A DNA stretch of 64,000 nucleotides from Alphaproteobacteria bacterium (GTDB lineage Bacteria > Pseudomonadota > Alphaproteobacteria > Bin95), in contig OZ219787.1 in NCBI GenBank assembly GCA_964291285.2, positions 1,728,001 to 1,792,000 of the forward strand, read 5' to 3'. Below, in pieces: positions 1-11,584 of the stretch (its first letter is position 1; every line of letters starts with the position of its first letter). A program made the position numbers and the translations under genes. A model generated the notes under the pieces. The model worked only from the letters and a program-made list of their open reading frames with translations. It made no database searches and was not told the origin of the DNA.

Positions 1-2
1 AA

Positions 3-977
3 AAGCGGCGGACCCTGTTCGAGCACTGGACGCACGACGCCTCGGTCATTCCGATGGCCTTCTATCCCTACTGGCGGCTGCGCTTCCGCCGCGACGCCGA
101 ACGGTTGCGGGCGCGCTGGCGAAGCTGGCGGCGCGCGGGGTTCGAGGAGCGGTTCGACGACGTGCTGGAGCGGATCCGGGAGCACGGGCCCGTCATGGCG
201 CGCGAGTTCGAAGGCGGCCGGCGGCGCACGGAGGCCGGCTGGTGGGACTGGCACCCCTCCAAGACGGCGCTGGAGTTCCTCTGGCGCACGGGCGCGCTGG
301 CGATAACCCGGCGGGAGGGTTTCCAGAAGGTCTTCGACCTTGCCGAGCGGGTGGTGCCCGGGCCGGTTCTGGACATCGCGCCGGGCGAGGCGGAAACCCT
401 CGACTGGGCGTGCGCGGGCGCCCTCGACCGGCTGGGATTCGCCACGCCGCGGGAAATCGCCTCGTTCTGGGATACGGCCTCGCTGGTGGAGGCGCGGGCA
501 TGGTGCGCTGCCCAGGAGGCCGGCGCGCTGGTCGAGGTGGAGGTAGAGGGCGCCGGGCCCGGCCGGACCCGCCGGCTGCTCGCCCGGCCGGACATAGGCG
601 AGCAGGCGGAACGCGCCGCCGAGCCGCCGGGCGGCGTGCGCGTGCTCAGCCCCTTCGACCCGCTGCTGCGCGACCGCAGGCGGGCGGAGTGGCTGTTCGG
701 CTTCCGCTACCGCATCGAAATCTTCGTGCCGGAGGAAAAGCGCGAATACGGCTACTACGTCTTCCCGCTGCTGGAGGGCGACCGGCTGATCGGGCGCATC
801 GACATGCGGCGCAGCGGCGGCCGGCTCCGCGTGCGCGCGCTCTGGCCGGAGCGGGGCGTGCGCCTCGGCAGGGGGCGGCTGGAGCGCATCGGGCGCGAAC
901 TGGACCGCATCGCCCGCTTCTGCGGCTCGGACGGGCCGGTCTTCGAAAACGGCTGGATCAGGGAGGCGCGGACATAG
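3..977 (+). CDS. ycaQ: YcaQ/AlkZ-family winged-helix DNA crosslink-repair glycosylase (5' truncated by window)
   Basis: Frame open from window edge (LFEHWTHDAS); WWDWHPSKTALE, LSPFDPLL, YRIEIFVP..KREYGYYVFP motifs. Confidence 0.8.
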   Translation, partial: KRRTLFEHWTHDASVIPMAFYPYWRLRFRRDAERLRARWRSWRRAGFEERFDDVLERIREHGPVMAREFEGGRRRTEAGWWDWHPSKTALEFLWRTGALAITRREGFQKVFDLAERVVPGPVLDIAPGEAETLDWACAGALDRLGFATPREIASFWDTASLVEARAWCAAQEAGALVEVEVEGAGPGRTRRLLARPDIGEQAERAAEPPGGVRVLSPFDPLLRDRRRAEWLFGFRYRIEIFVPEEKREYGYYVFPLLEGDRLIGRIDMRRSGGRLRVRALWPERGVRLGRGRLERIGRELDRIARFCGSDGPVFENGWIREART

Positions 978-1446
978 CCTGCAGGGCGATGGCGTCCTGG
1001 AGCCAGGCGCGCGCATAGGCGGCGAAGGAGCGCCCGACATAGAGCCGCCAGACGCCGCCTTCGCGCGGCTCCAGCAGCGCATGGGTGCGCGCCAGGCCGG
1101 TCTGGGCGCAGGCGCCGGGCCGGAGCGCCTCCAGGTCGAGCCGGCAGCCGGAAGCGAGCACATCCGTCGCGCCGGGGCCGGACAGCTCCAGGACCGCGCG
1201 CGCCTCGCTCACATCGACGACGGCGCAGTGCTGTCCGGCAAGGGCGTCTTCCAGCGGGCCGGCAATGTCCGCATCCGACACGACCAGCCACTCGTCGGGG
1301 CCGAGCCAGAGCGCCCCGCCTGCCGCCGTGTTGGGCACCTCCGGCAGGGCGAAGCCGAGCGCGCCAGCAGCTGCGGCATGGAACCCGGCGCCGCCGCCCC
1401 GCAATACCGTCAGGCGGAGGCCGCCGATCTCGCGGAGCTCAGCCAT
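958..1446 (-). CDS. soxG: Sarcosine oxidase gamma subunit
   Basis: LWLGPDEWL, VVDVS..LELSGP, RSFA.Y motifs; ATG at 1446 overlaps the soxA stop region. Confidence 0.88.
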   Translation of the reverse strand: MAELREIGGLRLTVLRGGGAGFHAAAAGALGFALPEVPNTAAGGALWLGPDEWLVVSDADIAGPLEDALAGQHCAVVDVSEARAVLELSGPGATDVLASGCRLDLEALRPGACAQTGLARTHALLEPREGGVWRLYVGRSFAAYARAWLQDAIALQAMSAPP

Positions 1447-4360
1447 CGAGCCGCGCCCCCTCCGGGTCGTAGAAGACCGGATCGACGATCCGCACGCGGC
1501 TCTCGCCCGTCGTGGCCGAGGCCCAGACCCGGTCGCCGTGGCGCGCACGCCCGCCCTTGACGAGCGCCAGCGCGAAGCCGCGGCCCATCGCCGCGCTCCA
1601 GTAGCTGGAGGTCACATGGCCCAGCATCGGCACGGGCGGGGTCCCGCGCGGCGCCTCGACGATCTGCGCCCCCTCCTGGAGCACCTCGGAGGGGTCCTCC
1701 GGCAGCAGCCCGACCAGCTGCTTGCGGTCCGGCCTCCGGCTGTCCGGGCGGGCGAGGGAACGGCGGCCGATGAAGTCCTTGCGGGAGGAGACCATGCGCT
1801 CCATGCCGAGATCGAGCGGCGTCACCGTGCCGTCGGTCTCGTGGCCGACGACGATGAAGCCCTTCTCGGCGCGCAGGACATGCATCGCCTCGGTGCCGTA
1901 GGGCACGGCGCTGGCCCCGATCAGGCGCTCCCAGACCGGCAGGCACCGGCGCCAGGGCAGGTTCACTTCATAGGAGAGCTCCCCGGTGAAGGCGATGCGG
2001 AAGATGCGGCCCGCCACGCCGCCGATCCGGCCTTCGCGCATCGACAGGAACGGGAAGGCCGCAGGGTCCAGGTCGATATCCTCGACAAGCGGCTCCAGCA
2101 ACGCCCGCGCCCGGGGCCCGGACACGGTGATGGTGCCCCACTGCTCGGTCACCGAGGTGCAATAGACCTGCAGTTCCGGCCACTCGGTCTGGAGCCATTC
2201 CTCCAGCCATTCCAGAACGGCGGCGGCGTTGCCGCTGGTGGTGGTCATCAGGTAGCGGTGCTCGCCGGTTCGGGTCGTGACCCCGTCGTCGAACACCATG
2301 CCGTCCTCGCCGAGCATCAGCCCGTAGCGGCAGCGTCCGACGGCCAGCGTCTTCCAGCCATTGGTGTAGATGCGGTTCAGGAACTCGGCCGCGTCGGGGC
2401 CGCGAATGTCGATCTTGCCGAGCGTGGAGGCGTCGAGGATGCCGGCGGCCTCGCGCACGGCGCGGCATTCGCGCGTGACCGCCTCGCGCATGGTCTCGCC
2501 GCCGCTTGGGTAGTAGCGCGCCCGCAGCCATTGGCCGACCGGCTCGAAGACCGCCCCGCTGGCTTCCTGCCAGTCCTGCATCGGCGTGCGGCGCACCGGG
2601 TCGGCGAGCGCGGCGATATTGCGCCCCGCCAGCGCGCCGAAGGGCACCGGCGTGTAGGGCGGGCGGAAGGTGGTGTGGCCGACTTCCGCCGGCGGCACGC
2701 CCAGCCCGGCCGCCATCAGCGTGAGCCCGTTGATGTTGGAGGTCTTGCCCTGGTCGGTCGCCATGCCGAGCGTCGTCCAGCGCTTGAGGTGCTCGACCGA
2801 ATGCATGCCCTCGCGCCTGGCGAGCGCAACATCGGAGGCGGTCACGTCGTTCTGGAAATCGACGAATGCCTTGCCTCGTCCGGCGGGCGGGACGGTCTGC
2901 GAGAGCGCCGGACGCTGCGGGCGTCCGGGCAAAGCCGGCGGCTCGGGCGCATCGAAACCAAGCTCGCGGGCAAAGGCGGCGCCCGCGTCCGCTCCCCCGG
3001 CGATGCAGCCTTCGAGATCGAACCGGCCGGCCGCTGCGCCGACGGAGCGTTCCGGTTGCGCCGACCGGCCGGGAACGAATGTCTGCAACGGGTCGTCCCA
3101 GCGCAGAGTGCCGCGCGACTGGCTGAAAAGATGCACCGCCGGGTTCCAGCCGCCGCCCATGGCAACCAGGTCGCAGACGATACGCCGCGTGCGCCCCTCC
3201 GCCTCAATCTCGATGCCGGTTACGGCGCGGCGCCCGAGGGTCCGCAAGGGAACCGCGCCGCGCAGCACGGGCAGGCCGTCGGCGTCCGCCGTGCTGTCCG
3301 CGCGCAGATCGACAAGCGCCGCGACCTCGCCGCCATGCCGGGCGAACTCGCGCGCGGCGGCATAGACGGAGTCGTCATTGGCGAGGAAGACGGCGCAGCG
3401 GCCCGGCAATACGCCGTAGCGGTGGATATAGGCGGTGACGGAGCGCGCCAGCATGACGCCCGGACGGTCATTGCCGGGAAAGACCAGCGGGCGCTCATGC
3501 GCGCCGGTCGCCAGCACCACCTGGCGGGCGCGGACATGCCATATGCGCTGGCGCGGCCGGCCGGCCCGTTCCGACGGCGCAAGGCCTTCGGTCAGCCGCT
3601 CGGCCAGCGCCACGAAATTATGGTCGTAATAGCCGAAGGCCGTGGTGCGGGACAGCAGCAGCGCCGATGTGCCGGCCAGCATCCGCCCGGCCCATGCCGC
3701 GCCGTCCTCGCCCCCGACGCGCTCGGGACCGTCCAGCAGCGCGCCGCCGAAATCCGGGCGCTCGTCCGCCAGCATGACGCGCGCGCCGGCCGCCGCGGCC
3801 GCATGGGCAGCCGCGATGCCCGCCGGGCCGCCACCGACCACGAGGATGTCGCAATGGGCGTGCCGATGCTCGTAAACCTCGGGGTCCGGCTCGCGCGGTG
3901 CGCGCGCCAGGCCCGCCATGCGGCGGATTACGGGCGCGTAGATGCGGTTCCACCAGGAAGGCGGCCACATGAAGGTCTTGTAGTAGAAGCCGGCCACGAA
4001 CAGCCCGGACATGAGCCCCGTGGCCGCGCCCAGGTCGAACCGCAGCGACGGCCAGCGGTTGACGCTCTCGGCGGCGAGCCCGTCATAAAGCTCGATTTCG
4101 GTGGCGCGCAGGTTGGGCTCCGCGAACGGACCCGGCTCCAGCAGGACGAGCGCATTCGGCTCCTCCGCGCCGGCGGTCATCACCCCGCGCGGCCGGTGGT
4201 ATTTGAAGCTGCGGCCGAACAGCCGCACGCCATTGGCCAGCAGGGCAGACGCCAGCGTGTCGCCGGGATGGCCGGTGTAGCGCCTGCCGTCGAAACGGAA
4301 TGCGAGGCTACGCGACCGGTCGATCCGGCCGCCGGACGGCAGGCGGCGCGGCCCTGTCAC
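1439..4360 (-). CDS. soxA: Sarcosine oxidase alpha subunit
   Basis: 973 aa; GDTLASALLANG, RSFKYHRPRG, GFYYKTFMWP, GMATDQGKTSN, C-terminal GcvT-like domain. Confidence 0.95.
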   Translation of the reverse strand: MTGPRRLPSGGRIDRSRSLAFRFDGRRYTGHPGDTLASALLANGVRLFGRSFKYHRPRGVMTAGAEEPNALVLLEPGPFAEPNLRATEIELYDGLAAESVNRWPSLRFDLGAATGLMSGLFVAGFYYKTFMWPPSWWNRIYAPVIRRMAGLARAPREPDPEVYEHRHAHCDILVVGGGPAGIAAAHAAAAAGARVMLADERPDFGGALLDGPERVGGEDGAAWAGRMLAGTSALLLSRTTAFGYYDHNFVALAERLTEGLAPSERAGRPRQRIWHVRARQVVLATGAHERPLVFPGNDRPGVMLARSVTAYIHRYGVLPGRCAVFLANDDSVYAAAREFARHGGEVAALVDLRADSTADADGLPVLRGAVPLRTLGRRAVTGIEIEAEGRTRRIVCDLVAMGGGWNPAVHLFSQSRGTLRWDDPLQTFVPGRSAQPERSVGAAAGRFDLEGCIAGGADAGAAFARELGFDAPEPPALPGRPQRPALSQTVPPAGRGKAFVDFQNDVTASDVALARREGMHSVEHLKRWTTLGMATDQGKTSNINGLTLMAAGLGVPPAEVGHTTFRPPYTPVPFGALAGRNIAALADPVRRTPMQDWQEASGAVFEPVGQWLRARYYPSGGETMREAVTRECRAVREAAGILDASTLGKIDIRGPDAAEFLNRIYTNGWKTLAVGRCRYGLMLGEDGMVFDDGVTTRTGEHRYLMTTTSGNAAAVLEWLEEWLQTEWPELQVYCTSVTEQWGTITVSGPRARALLEPLVEDIDLDPAAFPFLSMREGRIGGVAGRIFRIAFTGELSYEVNLPWRRCLPVWERLIGASAVPYGTEAMHVLRAEKGFIVVGHETDGTVTPLDLGMERMVSSRKDFIGRRSLARPDSRRPDRKQLVGLLPEDPSEVLQEGAQIVEAPRGTPPVPMLGHVTSSYWSAAMGRGFALALVKGGRARHGDRVWASATTGESRVRIVDPVFYDPEGARLDG

Positions 4361-4647
4361 GCCGCCGTCTCCGGGAGGTCGGGCCGGGGCGCGCCCATGG
4401 GATAGACGGCGACCACCTCATGGCTCGCCGTGTGACGGAGCACGTTGAACCACCGCCGGCAGCCCTGGGCGTGCATCCAGCGCTCGGCGTGGACACCCTT
4501 GGGATTGGCGCGCATGAACAGGTAGTCGGCCCAGGCCTCGTCGGAGAGCGCGTCCGGGTTCTCGGGCCGTGCGATATGCGCCTCGCCTCCGTAGTGGAAC
4601 TCGGTCTCGTCGCGCGGGCCGCACCAGGGGCATTCGATGCGCATCAT
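4357..4647 (-). CDS. soxD: Sarcosine oxidase delta subunit
   Basis: CPWCGPRDETEFHYGGEAH...H..GCRRWFN zinc motif. Confidence 0.95.
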   Translation of the reverse strand: MMRIECPWCGPRDETEFHYGGEAHIARPENPDALSDEAWADYLFMRANPKGVHAERWMHAQGCRRWFNVLRHTASHEVVAVYPMGAPRPDLPETAA

Positions 4648-4661
4648 GGCCGGCCCCTCCC

Positions 4662-5912
4662 CTAATGCGCGACGGCGGCGGCGCCGTGCTCGTCGATCAG
4701 CGCACCGGAGGTGAAGCGGTCGAGAGCGAAGGGCGCGTTCAGCTTATGCGGTTCGTCGCGGGCAATGGTGTGCGCGAAGGTCCACCCGGAGCTCGGCGTC
4801 GCCTTGAAGCCGCCCGTGCCCCAGCCGCAATTGATGTAGAGGCCCTCGACCGGCGTTTTCGAGACGATGGGCGAGGCGTCCGGGCAGACATCGACGATGC
4901 CGCCCCAGCTTCTCAGCAGCCGCGCGCGGCTGAAGGCGGGGAAGAGCTGCATGAGGGCCGCGAGCTGGTCCTCCAGCACGTGCAGCCCGCCGCGCTGTCC
5001 GTAGCTGTTGAAGGAGTCGATGCCGGCGCCGAGCACAAGCTCGCCCTTGTCGGACTGGCTGATATAGACATGCACGGCGTTCGACATGACGACGCAATCG
5101 AGCACCGGCTTCAGCGGCTCGGAGACCATCGCCTGCAACGGGTGGCTCTCGACCGGCAGGCGCAGGCCGGCCATTTCCGCCAGCACCGAGGAATGGCCGG
5201 CGGCCACCAGCGCGACCTTCCTGGCGCCGATGAAGCCCCGGCTCGTCTCGACGCCGGTAACGCGCCCGCGCACCTGCCTGATGCCGGTAACCTCGCAATG
5301 CTGGACGATATCGACGCCGCGCGCGTCGGCCCCGCGCGCATAGCCCCACGCCACGGCATCGTGCCGGGCGACGCCGCCGCGCCGCTGCAGGGTCGCCCCG
5401 AGCACCGGGTAGCGCACGTCGGGCGAGATGGAGATCGGCGGGCAGAAGGCCTTGACGCCCTCCGCGTCCAGCCACTCGGCGTCCACGCCGTTCAGCCGGT
5501 TGGCGTTCACCCGGCGGATGGATTCCCGGACGTCGTGCTCGGTATGCGCCAGGTTCAGCACGCCGCGCTGGCGCAGCATCACATTGAAGTTGAGTTCGCG
5601 GGAGAGCCCCTCCCAGAGCTTCAGCCCGTGCTCGTAGATCGCCGCGCTCTCGTCCCAGAGATAGTTGGAGCGGATGATGGTCGTGTTGCGCGCGATGTTG
5701 CCGCCCGCAAGCCAGCCCTTCTCCACCACCGCGACATCGGTAACGCCGTGCTCCTTCGCCAGATAGTATGCCGTCGCCAGCCCGTGGCCGCCGCCGCCCA
5801 CAATCACGACCTCATAGGCCGGCCGCGGCTCCGGCGAGCGCCAGAGCTCCGGCCAGTCCCGGTGTCCGGTCAGCGCATTGCGCGCCAGAGAAAAGATCGA
5901 GTAACGCGCCAT
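4662..5912 (-). CDS. soxB: Sarcosine oxidase beta subunit
   Basis: [17 protein letters not shown] motif, [22 protein letters not shown]-terminal GAAAVAH. Confidence 0.95.
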   Translation of the reverse strand: MARYSIFSLARNALTGHRDWPELWRSPEPRPAYEVVIVGGGGHGLATAYYLAKEHGVTDVAVVEKGWLAGGNIARNTTIIRSNYLWDESAAIYEHGLKLWEGLSRELNFNVMLRQRGVLNLAHTEHDVRESIRRVNANRLNGVDAEWLDAEGVKAFCPPISISPDVRYPVLGATLQRRGGVARHDAVAWGYARGADARGVDIVQHCEVTGIRQVRGRVTGVETSRGFIGARKVALVAAGHSSVLAEMAGLRLPVESHPLQAMVSEPLKPVLDCVVMSNAVHVYISQSDKGELVLGAGIDSFNSYGQRGGLHVLEDQLAALMQLFPAFSRARLLRSWGGIVDVCPDASPIVSKTPVEGLYINCGWGTGGFKATPSSGWTFAHTIARDEPHKLNAPFALDRFTSGALIDEHGAAAVAH

Positions 5913-6098
5913 CAGGAGACGCCCCCCGGAGCGAACGGGCTCCACATAACCCCGGCGGCTCCCGGCCTTCAACCTATTGCGCGTCCGGAACCCGTGGAAT
6001 TGCGACAGGTGGTGCTCGCTTGACAGTCCGTCTCGGCGCCTCCTGTAATGGTCTTGGCGTTCAGGGAACGCCCGACAATGAAGAGAGGGAGGAGTCCG

Positions 6099-7733
6099 AT
6101 GCTTCGTCGAAGCCGTTTACTTGGAGGCGTGGCTGCCTCGGTGCTTGCCGCGTTTTCCGTCGCGCACGCAGCGGACCATCAGGAGGGCACCCTGGTCGTC
6201 GCGCTCGAAACGCTGGGCGGCCAGACCATGGATCCGATCCTGGAAGGCCGCGCGCCCCACGCCCACTACCAGGCGCCAATCTACGATGCGCTGATCGGGT
6301 TCAACTACGAGCAAGGCGGCCTCGGCCCCGGCGTGACCGAGAAGTGGGAGCTGGCCGAAGACGGGCTGAGCTGGACCTTCCATCTCCAGAAGGGCCTGAA
6401 ATGGCACAATGGCGACCCGCTGACCGCGCATGACGTGAAGTTCAGCCTCGAGCGCACGATGTCGGAAGAGTCGATCGCGTCCCGCGCCTCGGCCCTGCGC
6501 CGCAATGTGAAAAGCATCGAGGTCGTCGATGATCACACCGTGCGCGTCTTCACCAACGGCGTCCAGGTCCACTTCCCGGCGGGTCTCAGCCGGGCCGTGT
6601 TCCAGGAAGGGCAGCTGATGCCCAAGAACTACATCGAGTCCATGGGCGTCGAGAAATTCCGCAGCGATCCCGTCGGCAGCGGTCCCTGGAAGTTCGTCGA
6701 GAGCGTGCCGGGCGACTATGTCGAGTTCGAGGCGGTCGAGGGGCCGCACTGGCGCGGCACGCCGAACTTCAAGCGTCTGCGCATCCTGCTGGTGCCGGAA
6801 GAGAGCACCCGCGTCGCCATGGTGCGCACGGGCGAGGCGGCGATCGCCTCCATCAGCCCGGAATCGATCCGCGAGGTCGAGGCAGCGAACCTCAAGCTCA
6901 TCAGCGTCCCGGCGACCATGCAGGCGATCTACCAGTTCTGGGGAATGTACAAGGACTCCCAGAAGGACTCTCCGCTGGCCGACGTGCGTGTGCGCGAGGC
7001 GCTCTCGCTCGCCATCGACCGCCAGCAGATCATCGACCATGTAATGTACGGGCAGGCGCGCTGGCCGATGCCGTTTGCGACTTTCCCCTACGCGGTCGAT
7101 ACGGATATCGAGAAGTGGCAGAGTTGGGGACGCGAGGCGCTGCGCTACGACCCCGAACGCGCGAAGGAGCTGCTTGCCGAGGCGGGCTATCCCGACGGGT
7201 TCGACATGAAGTTCGCCAACACCGCCCTGCCCGGCACGCCCTACATGACGCAGATCGGCATCGCCGTGGCCGACTTCTGGCAGAAGATCGGCGTGAATGT
7301 GGACATCAAGCACTATGAATGGGGCGCCTTCCGGCTGCTCTACCGCGGCGAGCAGAAGACGCTGACCGGCGCGGCCTCGATGTTCCGCACCGCCGGGCGC
7401 CCGGTCGCAGTCGCCCGGTATTCGGGCGGGTTCACGAGCAAGGGCGGCCACCACCTCTTCGGCGAGGAGGGCAACTGCAACGACTTCTGCCAGGCTTACG
7501 ACAAGCTGCACCAGGAGGTCGTGACCGCGCGGGATGCGGACGAGCGCGCCCGGAAGACCGACGAGATGCTCACCATGGTGGCGGACTCCTGGATTGCGGT
7601 GCCGATCATCGAGGGCATGGGCTACTGGGCCGTCAACCCGGACGAGGTCGGCAAGTTCGCGCCGATCCCCGGCCGCCACGAGTTCGGCGACGTGTTCGAG
7701 CGTATGCCGAGGCCCGAGCAGCAGCCCTGGTAA
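6099..7733 (+). CDS. ABC transporter substrate-binding protein, family 5 (Dpp/Opp/Nik)
   Basis: GGAGG before ATG 6099; signal peptide; [44 protein letters not shown]. Confidence 0.92.
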   Translation: MLRRSRLLGGVAASVLAAFSVAHAADHQEGTLVVALETLGGQTMDPILEGRAPHAHYQAPIYDALIGFNYEQGGLGPGVTEKWELAEDGLSWTFHLQKGLKWHNGDPLTAHDVKFSLERTMSEESIASRASALRRNVKSIEVVDDHTVRVFTNGVQVHFPAGLSRAVFQEGQLMPKNYIESMGVEKFRSDPVGSGPWKFVESVPGDYVEFEAVEGPHWRGTPNFKRLRILLVPEESTRVAMVRTGEAAIASISPESIREVEAANLKLISVPATMQAIYQFWGMYKDSQKDSPLADVRVREALSLAIDRQQIIDHVMYGQARWPMPFATFPYAVDTDIEKWQSWGREALRYDPERAKELLAEAGYPDGFDMKFANTALPGTPYMTQIGIAVADFWQKIGVNVDIKHYEWGAFRLLYRGEQKTLTGAASMFRTAGRPVAVARYSGGFTSKGGHHLFGEEGNCNDFCQAYDKLHQEVVTARDADERARKTDEMLTMVADSWIAVPIIEGMGYWAVNPDEVGKFAPIPGRHEFGDVFERMPRPEQQPW

Positions 7734-7753
7734 CGCAGAGGTTCGAACGATGA

Positions 7754-7787
7754 CCGGTTCCCGGCTCCGGCCGGGAACCGGCATTTT
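7754..7787 (+). terminator. Stem-loop after SBP gene (partial terminator or mRNA stabiliser)
   Basis: CCGGTTCCCGGC-TCCG-GCCGGGAACCGG perfect 12-bp stem followed by CATTTT. Confidence 0.65.
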
Positions 7788-7822
7788 CGTGCCGGGCCGG
7801 ATACGCCGAGCGGGGTAGCCCC

Positions 7823-8740
7823 ATGCAGCGTTACATCCTGCAGCGCCTCGTCCAGGGCGTGATCCTGCTCGTGGTGGTGACGTCCATCGTCTTCTTCATC
7901 GGGCGCATGACCGGCAACCCGGTCGACATGATGCTGCCGGAGGACGCGACCGAAGAAGACCGGCAGGACATGATCAAGCGCCTCAAGCTCGAGGGGACGA
8001 TCATGGACCAGTTCGGCGTCTTCATCGTCGATGCTGTCCAGGGCGACCTCGGGACCTCGATCCGCTACCGGCAACCGGCGACCGACATCTTCTTCTCGCG
8101 CCTGCCGAACACGCTGGCGATGATCCCGCCGGCAATGATCCTGGCTATCGCGATGGCGATACCGCTGGGCATCCTTTCGGCTCTGCGCCGGGGCGGCATA
8201 ATCGACCGAATATCCGCCACCATTGCGGTGCTGGGCATATCCACGCCCAATTTCTGGCTCGGCATCGTGCTGATCTACCTGTTCAGCGTGACCTGGGGAT
8301 GGCTGCCGTCCAGCCGGATGGGCGGGCCGCTCAACTACATCATGCCGACGATCACGCTCGGGACTTTCCTGGTCGCCGGGTTCATGCGGCTGATCCGCTC
8401 CAGCATGCTGGAAACGCTGGACAGCGAGTTCGTCAAGCTCGCCCGGATCAAGGGCGTGAGCGAAACCGCGATCGTATGGAAGCACTGTCTGCGCAATGCG
8501 CTTATCCCCGTGCTGAGCCTCTGGGGCGTGTTCATGGGCGGACTGGTGACCGGCGCGATCGTCACCGAAACCGTGTTCGCCTGGCCCGGTATCGGACGCC
8601 TGACCTACGAGGCGGTGATCTTCCGGGACTATCCGCTGCTCCAGGCGGTCATCATCATGGATGCGATCTTCATCCTGTTCATCAACCTCCTGGTCGACAT
8701 TCTCTACGCCTATGTCGATCCCCGAATCCGGTTCGAGTAG
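7823..8740 (+). CDS. ABC transporter permease (DppB-like)
   Basis: GDLGTS, EFVKLARIKG, ETVFAWPGIG, DPRIR. Confidence 0.93.
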   Translation: MQRYILQRLVQGVILLVVVTSIVFFIGRMTGNPVDMMLPEDATEEDRQDMIKRLKLEGTIMDQFGVFIVDAVQGDLGTSIRYRQPATDIFFSRLPNTLAMIPPAMILAIAMAIPLGILSALRRGGIIDRISATIAVLGISTPNFWLGIVLIYLFSVTWGWLPSSRMGGPLNYIMPTITLGTFLVAGFMRLIRSSMLETLDSEFVKLARIKGVSETAIVWKHCLRNALIPVLSLWGVFMGGLVTGAIVTETVFAWPGIGRLTYEAVIFRDYPLLQAVIIMDAIFILFINLLVDILYAYVDPRIRFE

Positions 8741-8749
8741 GGCCACGCG

Positions 8750-9574
8750 ATGCGGCGGCTCCCCCTCGCGTCCTTCGCGATCATCGGCACGATGGTCTTC
8801 GTGGCCGTGTTCGCGCCCTGGCTCACACCGCATTCGCCCATAGACCAGTCGCTGCCGAACAAGCTGCTGCCGCCCTTCTGGGAGGAGGGCGGCACGACCG
8901 AATACCTGCTCGGCACCGACATTTTCGGCCGCGACCTGCTGACCCGGCTCTTTTACGGCGCGCGGGTCAGCCTGATCGTGACGGCGCTGGCGTTGAGCGT
9001 GGGCGGCGGCGTCGGCCTCGTGCTCGGCATCGTCTCCGGCTATGTCGGCGGCAAGCTGGACGCCTTCCTGATGCGCGTCGTGGACGCGGCGTTCGCCTTT
9101 CCGACGATCCTGTTCGCGCTGCTGCTGGCCGTGACTATGGGCCAGGGCATGGACACGCTGGTGATTGCGCTCAGCCTCTTTCTGTGGGCCGGCTTCGCGC
9201 GCGTCATCCGCGGCGAGGTGCTGGCGATCAAGCAACGCGACTTCGTGGCGCTGGCGCGGGTCCACGGCAGTTCGCCCGCGCGGATCATGTTCGTCCACAT
9301 CCTGCCCAATGTGCTCAACACCTTCATGGTGCTGCTGACCCTCAATGTCGGGGTCATCATCGTGGCGGAGGCGTCGCTCAGCTTCCTCGGCGCGGGCGTG
9401 CCGCCGCCGACGCCCTCCTGGGGCCTGATGGTGGCCGAGGGCCGGGGCAAGATCACCAGCGCCTGGTGGCTGTCGCTCATTCCCGGCATCGCCATCACAC
9501 TCGTCGTGCTCTCCTTCAACCTCTTCGGCGACTGGCTGCGCGACCGGCTCGACCCGAAGCTGCGTCAACTCTAG
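8750..9574 (+). CDS. ABC transporter permease (DppC-like)
   Basis: LGTDIFGRD, EASLSFLG, PTPSWG, GDWLRDRLDP. Confidence 0.93.
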   Translation: MRRLPLASFAIIGTMVFVAVFAPWLTPHSPIDQSLPNKLLPPFWEEGGTTEYLLGTDIFGRDLLTRLFYGARVSLIVTALALSVGGGVGLVLGIVSGYVGGKLDAFLMRVVDAAFAFPTILFALLLAVTMGQGMDTLVIALSLFLWAGFARVIRGEVLAIKQRDFVALARVHGSSPARIMFVHILPNVLNTFMVLLTLNVGVIIVAEASLSFLGAGVPPPTPSWGLMVAEGRGKITSAWWLSLIPGIAITLVVLSFNLFGDWLRDRLDPKLRQL

Positions 9575-9592
9575 CGGGAGTCCGAGGACAGT

Positions 9593-10564
9593 ATGGACAG
9601 CGCCCCGGTTCTCGAAGTCCGGAACCTGCACACGCACTTCTTCCTGAGGCGCGGCGTGGTCAAGGCAGTGGACGGCGTCACCTTCTCGCTGAAACGGGGC
9701 GAGGTGCTGGGCCTCGTCGGCGAGTCCGGCTGCGGCAAGAGCCTGACCGCGCTCTCGATCCTGCGCCTGTTGCCGCAGGAGGCCGCGCGAATCATCGAAG
9801 GGCAGGTGCTTCTGGACGGCGAGGACCTGCTCGCCAAGTCCGCCGGCGAGATGCGCGAGGTGCGCGGACAGCGCATCGCCATGATCCTCCAGGACCCGCA
9901 GACCTCGCTCAATCCGGTGTTCAGCATCGGCAACCAGCTGCACGAGGCGCTCGCCCGGCGGCCGGACGAAGGGGGCCGGTCGCTCAGGGAGCGGGCCGTG
10001 GATGTGCTGCGCCAGGTGCGGCTGGCGGCGCCCGAACAACGCATCGGCCAGTATCCGCACGAACTGAGCGGCGGCATGAAGCAGCGGGTCGTCGGCGCCA
10101 TCGCGATCAGCTGCGCGCCCGAGGTGATGATCGCCGACGAGCCGACGACGGCGCTCGACGTCACCATCCAGCTTCAATATCTGGACCTGCTGAAGGAGCT
10201 TCAGACCTCGCTGGACATGGGCATCCTGTTCATCACCCACGATTTCGGCGTCGTCGCCCATATGTGCGATCGTGTGGCGGTCATGTATGCGGGGCGGATC
10301 GTGGAAACGGGCCCGGTGCGCGAGATATTCGACAACCCGGTCCATCCCTATACCCAGGCGCTGATCGCCTCCGTGCCGAAGCTGCGGCGCAAAGCCGGGC
10401 GGCTGCGCGCCATCGACGGACAGCCGCCCGCCCTCTCCGACCTGCCTGTCGGCTGCCGGTTCGCGGACCGTTGCCCCCATGCCGAGGCGCGCTGCCGCGA
10501 ACGGTATCCCGAGGCCGTGAACGTCGGCGAAAGCCATACCGCTAGCTGCTGGCTCGCCGCATGA
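9593..10564 (+). CDS. ABC ATP-binding protein (DppD-like)
   Basis: [26 protein letters not shown]-terminal GCRF..RC. Confidence 0.95.
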   Translation: MDSAPVLEVRNLHTHFFLRRGVVKAVDGVTFSLKRGEVLGLVGESGCGKSLTALSILRLLPQEAARIIEGQVLLDGEDLLAKSAGEMREVRGQRIAMILQDPQTSLNPVFSIGNQLHEALARRPDEGGRSLRERAVDVLRQVRLAAPEQRIGQYPHELSGGMKQRVVGAIAISCAPEVMIADEPTTALDVTIQLQYLDLLKELQTSLDMGILFITHDFGVVAHMCDRVAVMYAGRIVETGPVREIFDNPVHPYTQALIASVPKLRRKAGRLRAIDGQPPALSDLPVGCRFADRCPHAEARCRERYPEAVNVGESHTASCWLAA

Positions 10565-11535
10565 GCAAAGACCCGATCCTCGAGGTGAACGGCCTCGCCA
10601 AGCACTATCCGGTAGCCAAGGGAATCTTGTTCTCGCGCGAAGTCGGGCGGGTCCGCGCCGTCGACGGCATCGACTTTTCCATCGCCGAGGGCGAGACGCT
10701 CGGCCTTGTCGGCGAGTCCGGCTGCGGCAAGACGACGACCTCCAGGCTGGTGCTCGGCCTGGAGCCTCCGACCGCTGGTGAAGTGCTGCTCGAAGGCGTG
10801 TCCGCGCAGGACCTGACCGGCCGGGACCGGCAGGACTACCACGCCAAGGTGCAGGCCGTGTTCCAGGACCCGTGGTCGTCGCTCAACCCGCGGATGCATG
10901 TCGGCGAGATCGTCGGGGAATCCCTCAAGATCGCGAAGTGGGGCACGCGCGCCGAGATCGATGAGCGCGTGGCGGCGCTGCTGGTCGAGGTGGGGCTGCG
11001 CCCGGAGCACGCGCGCCAGTATCCGCACGAGTTCAGCGGCGGCCAGCGCCAGCGCATCGCGCTTGCAAGCGCGCTCGCCATCGGCCCGAAATTGATCGTT
11101 CTGGACGAGCCGGTCTCGGCGCTCGACGTGTCGATCCGTGCCCAGATGATGAACCTGCTGAAGGATGTCCAGGAACAGGACAATGTGGCCTACCTGCTGG
11201 TCGCCCACGACCTTGCCACGGTGCGCCACATGTCCGAATGGACCGCCGTCATGTATCTCGGCGAGATCGTCGAATATGCGCCGACGGAGCTGCTGTTCGA
11301 GAATGTGCGCCACCCCTATACGCGGGCGCTGTTCTCCGCCGTGCTGCCGGACCATCCGGACGGGCGCGAAGAGGAAATCGTGCTCACCGGCGAGGTGCCG
11401 TCCCCGCTCGACCCGCCGGGCGGCTGCCGGTTCCACACGCGCTGTCCGTTTGCGATGGACATATGCTCGCAGGTGGCGCCGGTGCTGACGGAATCGGAGT
11501 CGGGCCATCTGGCGGCCTGTCATCTCGAGGAGTAA
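10561..11535 (+). CDS. ABC ATP-binding protein (DppF-like)
   Basis: [24 protein letters not shown]; ATGA overlap with previous gene. Confidence 0.95.
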   Translation: MSKDPILEVNGLAKHYPVAKGILFSREVGRVRAVDGIDFSIAEGETLGLVGESGCGKTTTSRLVLGLEPPTAGEVLLEGVSAQDLTGRDRQDYHAKVQAVFQDPWSSLNPRMHVGEIVGESLKIAKWGTRAEIDERVAALLVEVGLRPEHARQYPHEFSGGQRQRIALASALAIGPKLIVLDEPVSALDVSIRAQMMNLLKDVQEQDNVAYLLVAHDLATVRHMSEWTAVMYLGEIVEYAPTELLFENVRHPYTRALFSAVLPDHPDGREEEIVLTGEVPSPLDPPGGCRFHTRCPFAMDICSQVAPVLTESESGHLAACHLEE

Positions 11536-11584
11536 ACAGGGGCGGTTCCATTCCCGCCGCTCCACAGCATTGCGAGGCTAAGTC

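Noticed and set aside
1085-4405. Very long opposite-strand or alternate-frame ORFs (1106 aa here; also 7622-10537, 24468-27212, 29416-31977, 52436-55396)
   Set aside because: Shadow ORFs of motif-rich genes in GC-rich DNA; Arg/Ala/Gly/Pro-rich with no domain motifs
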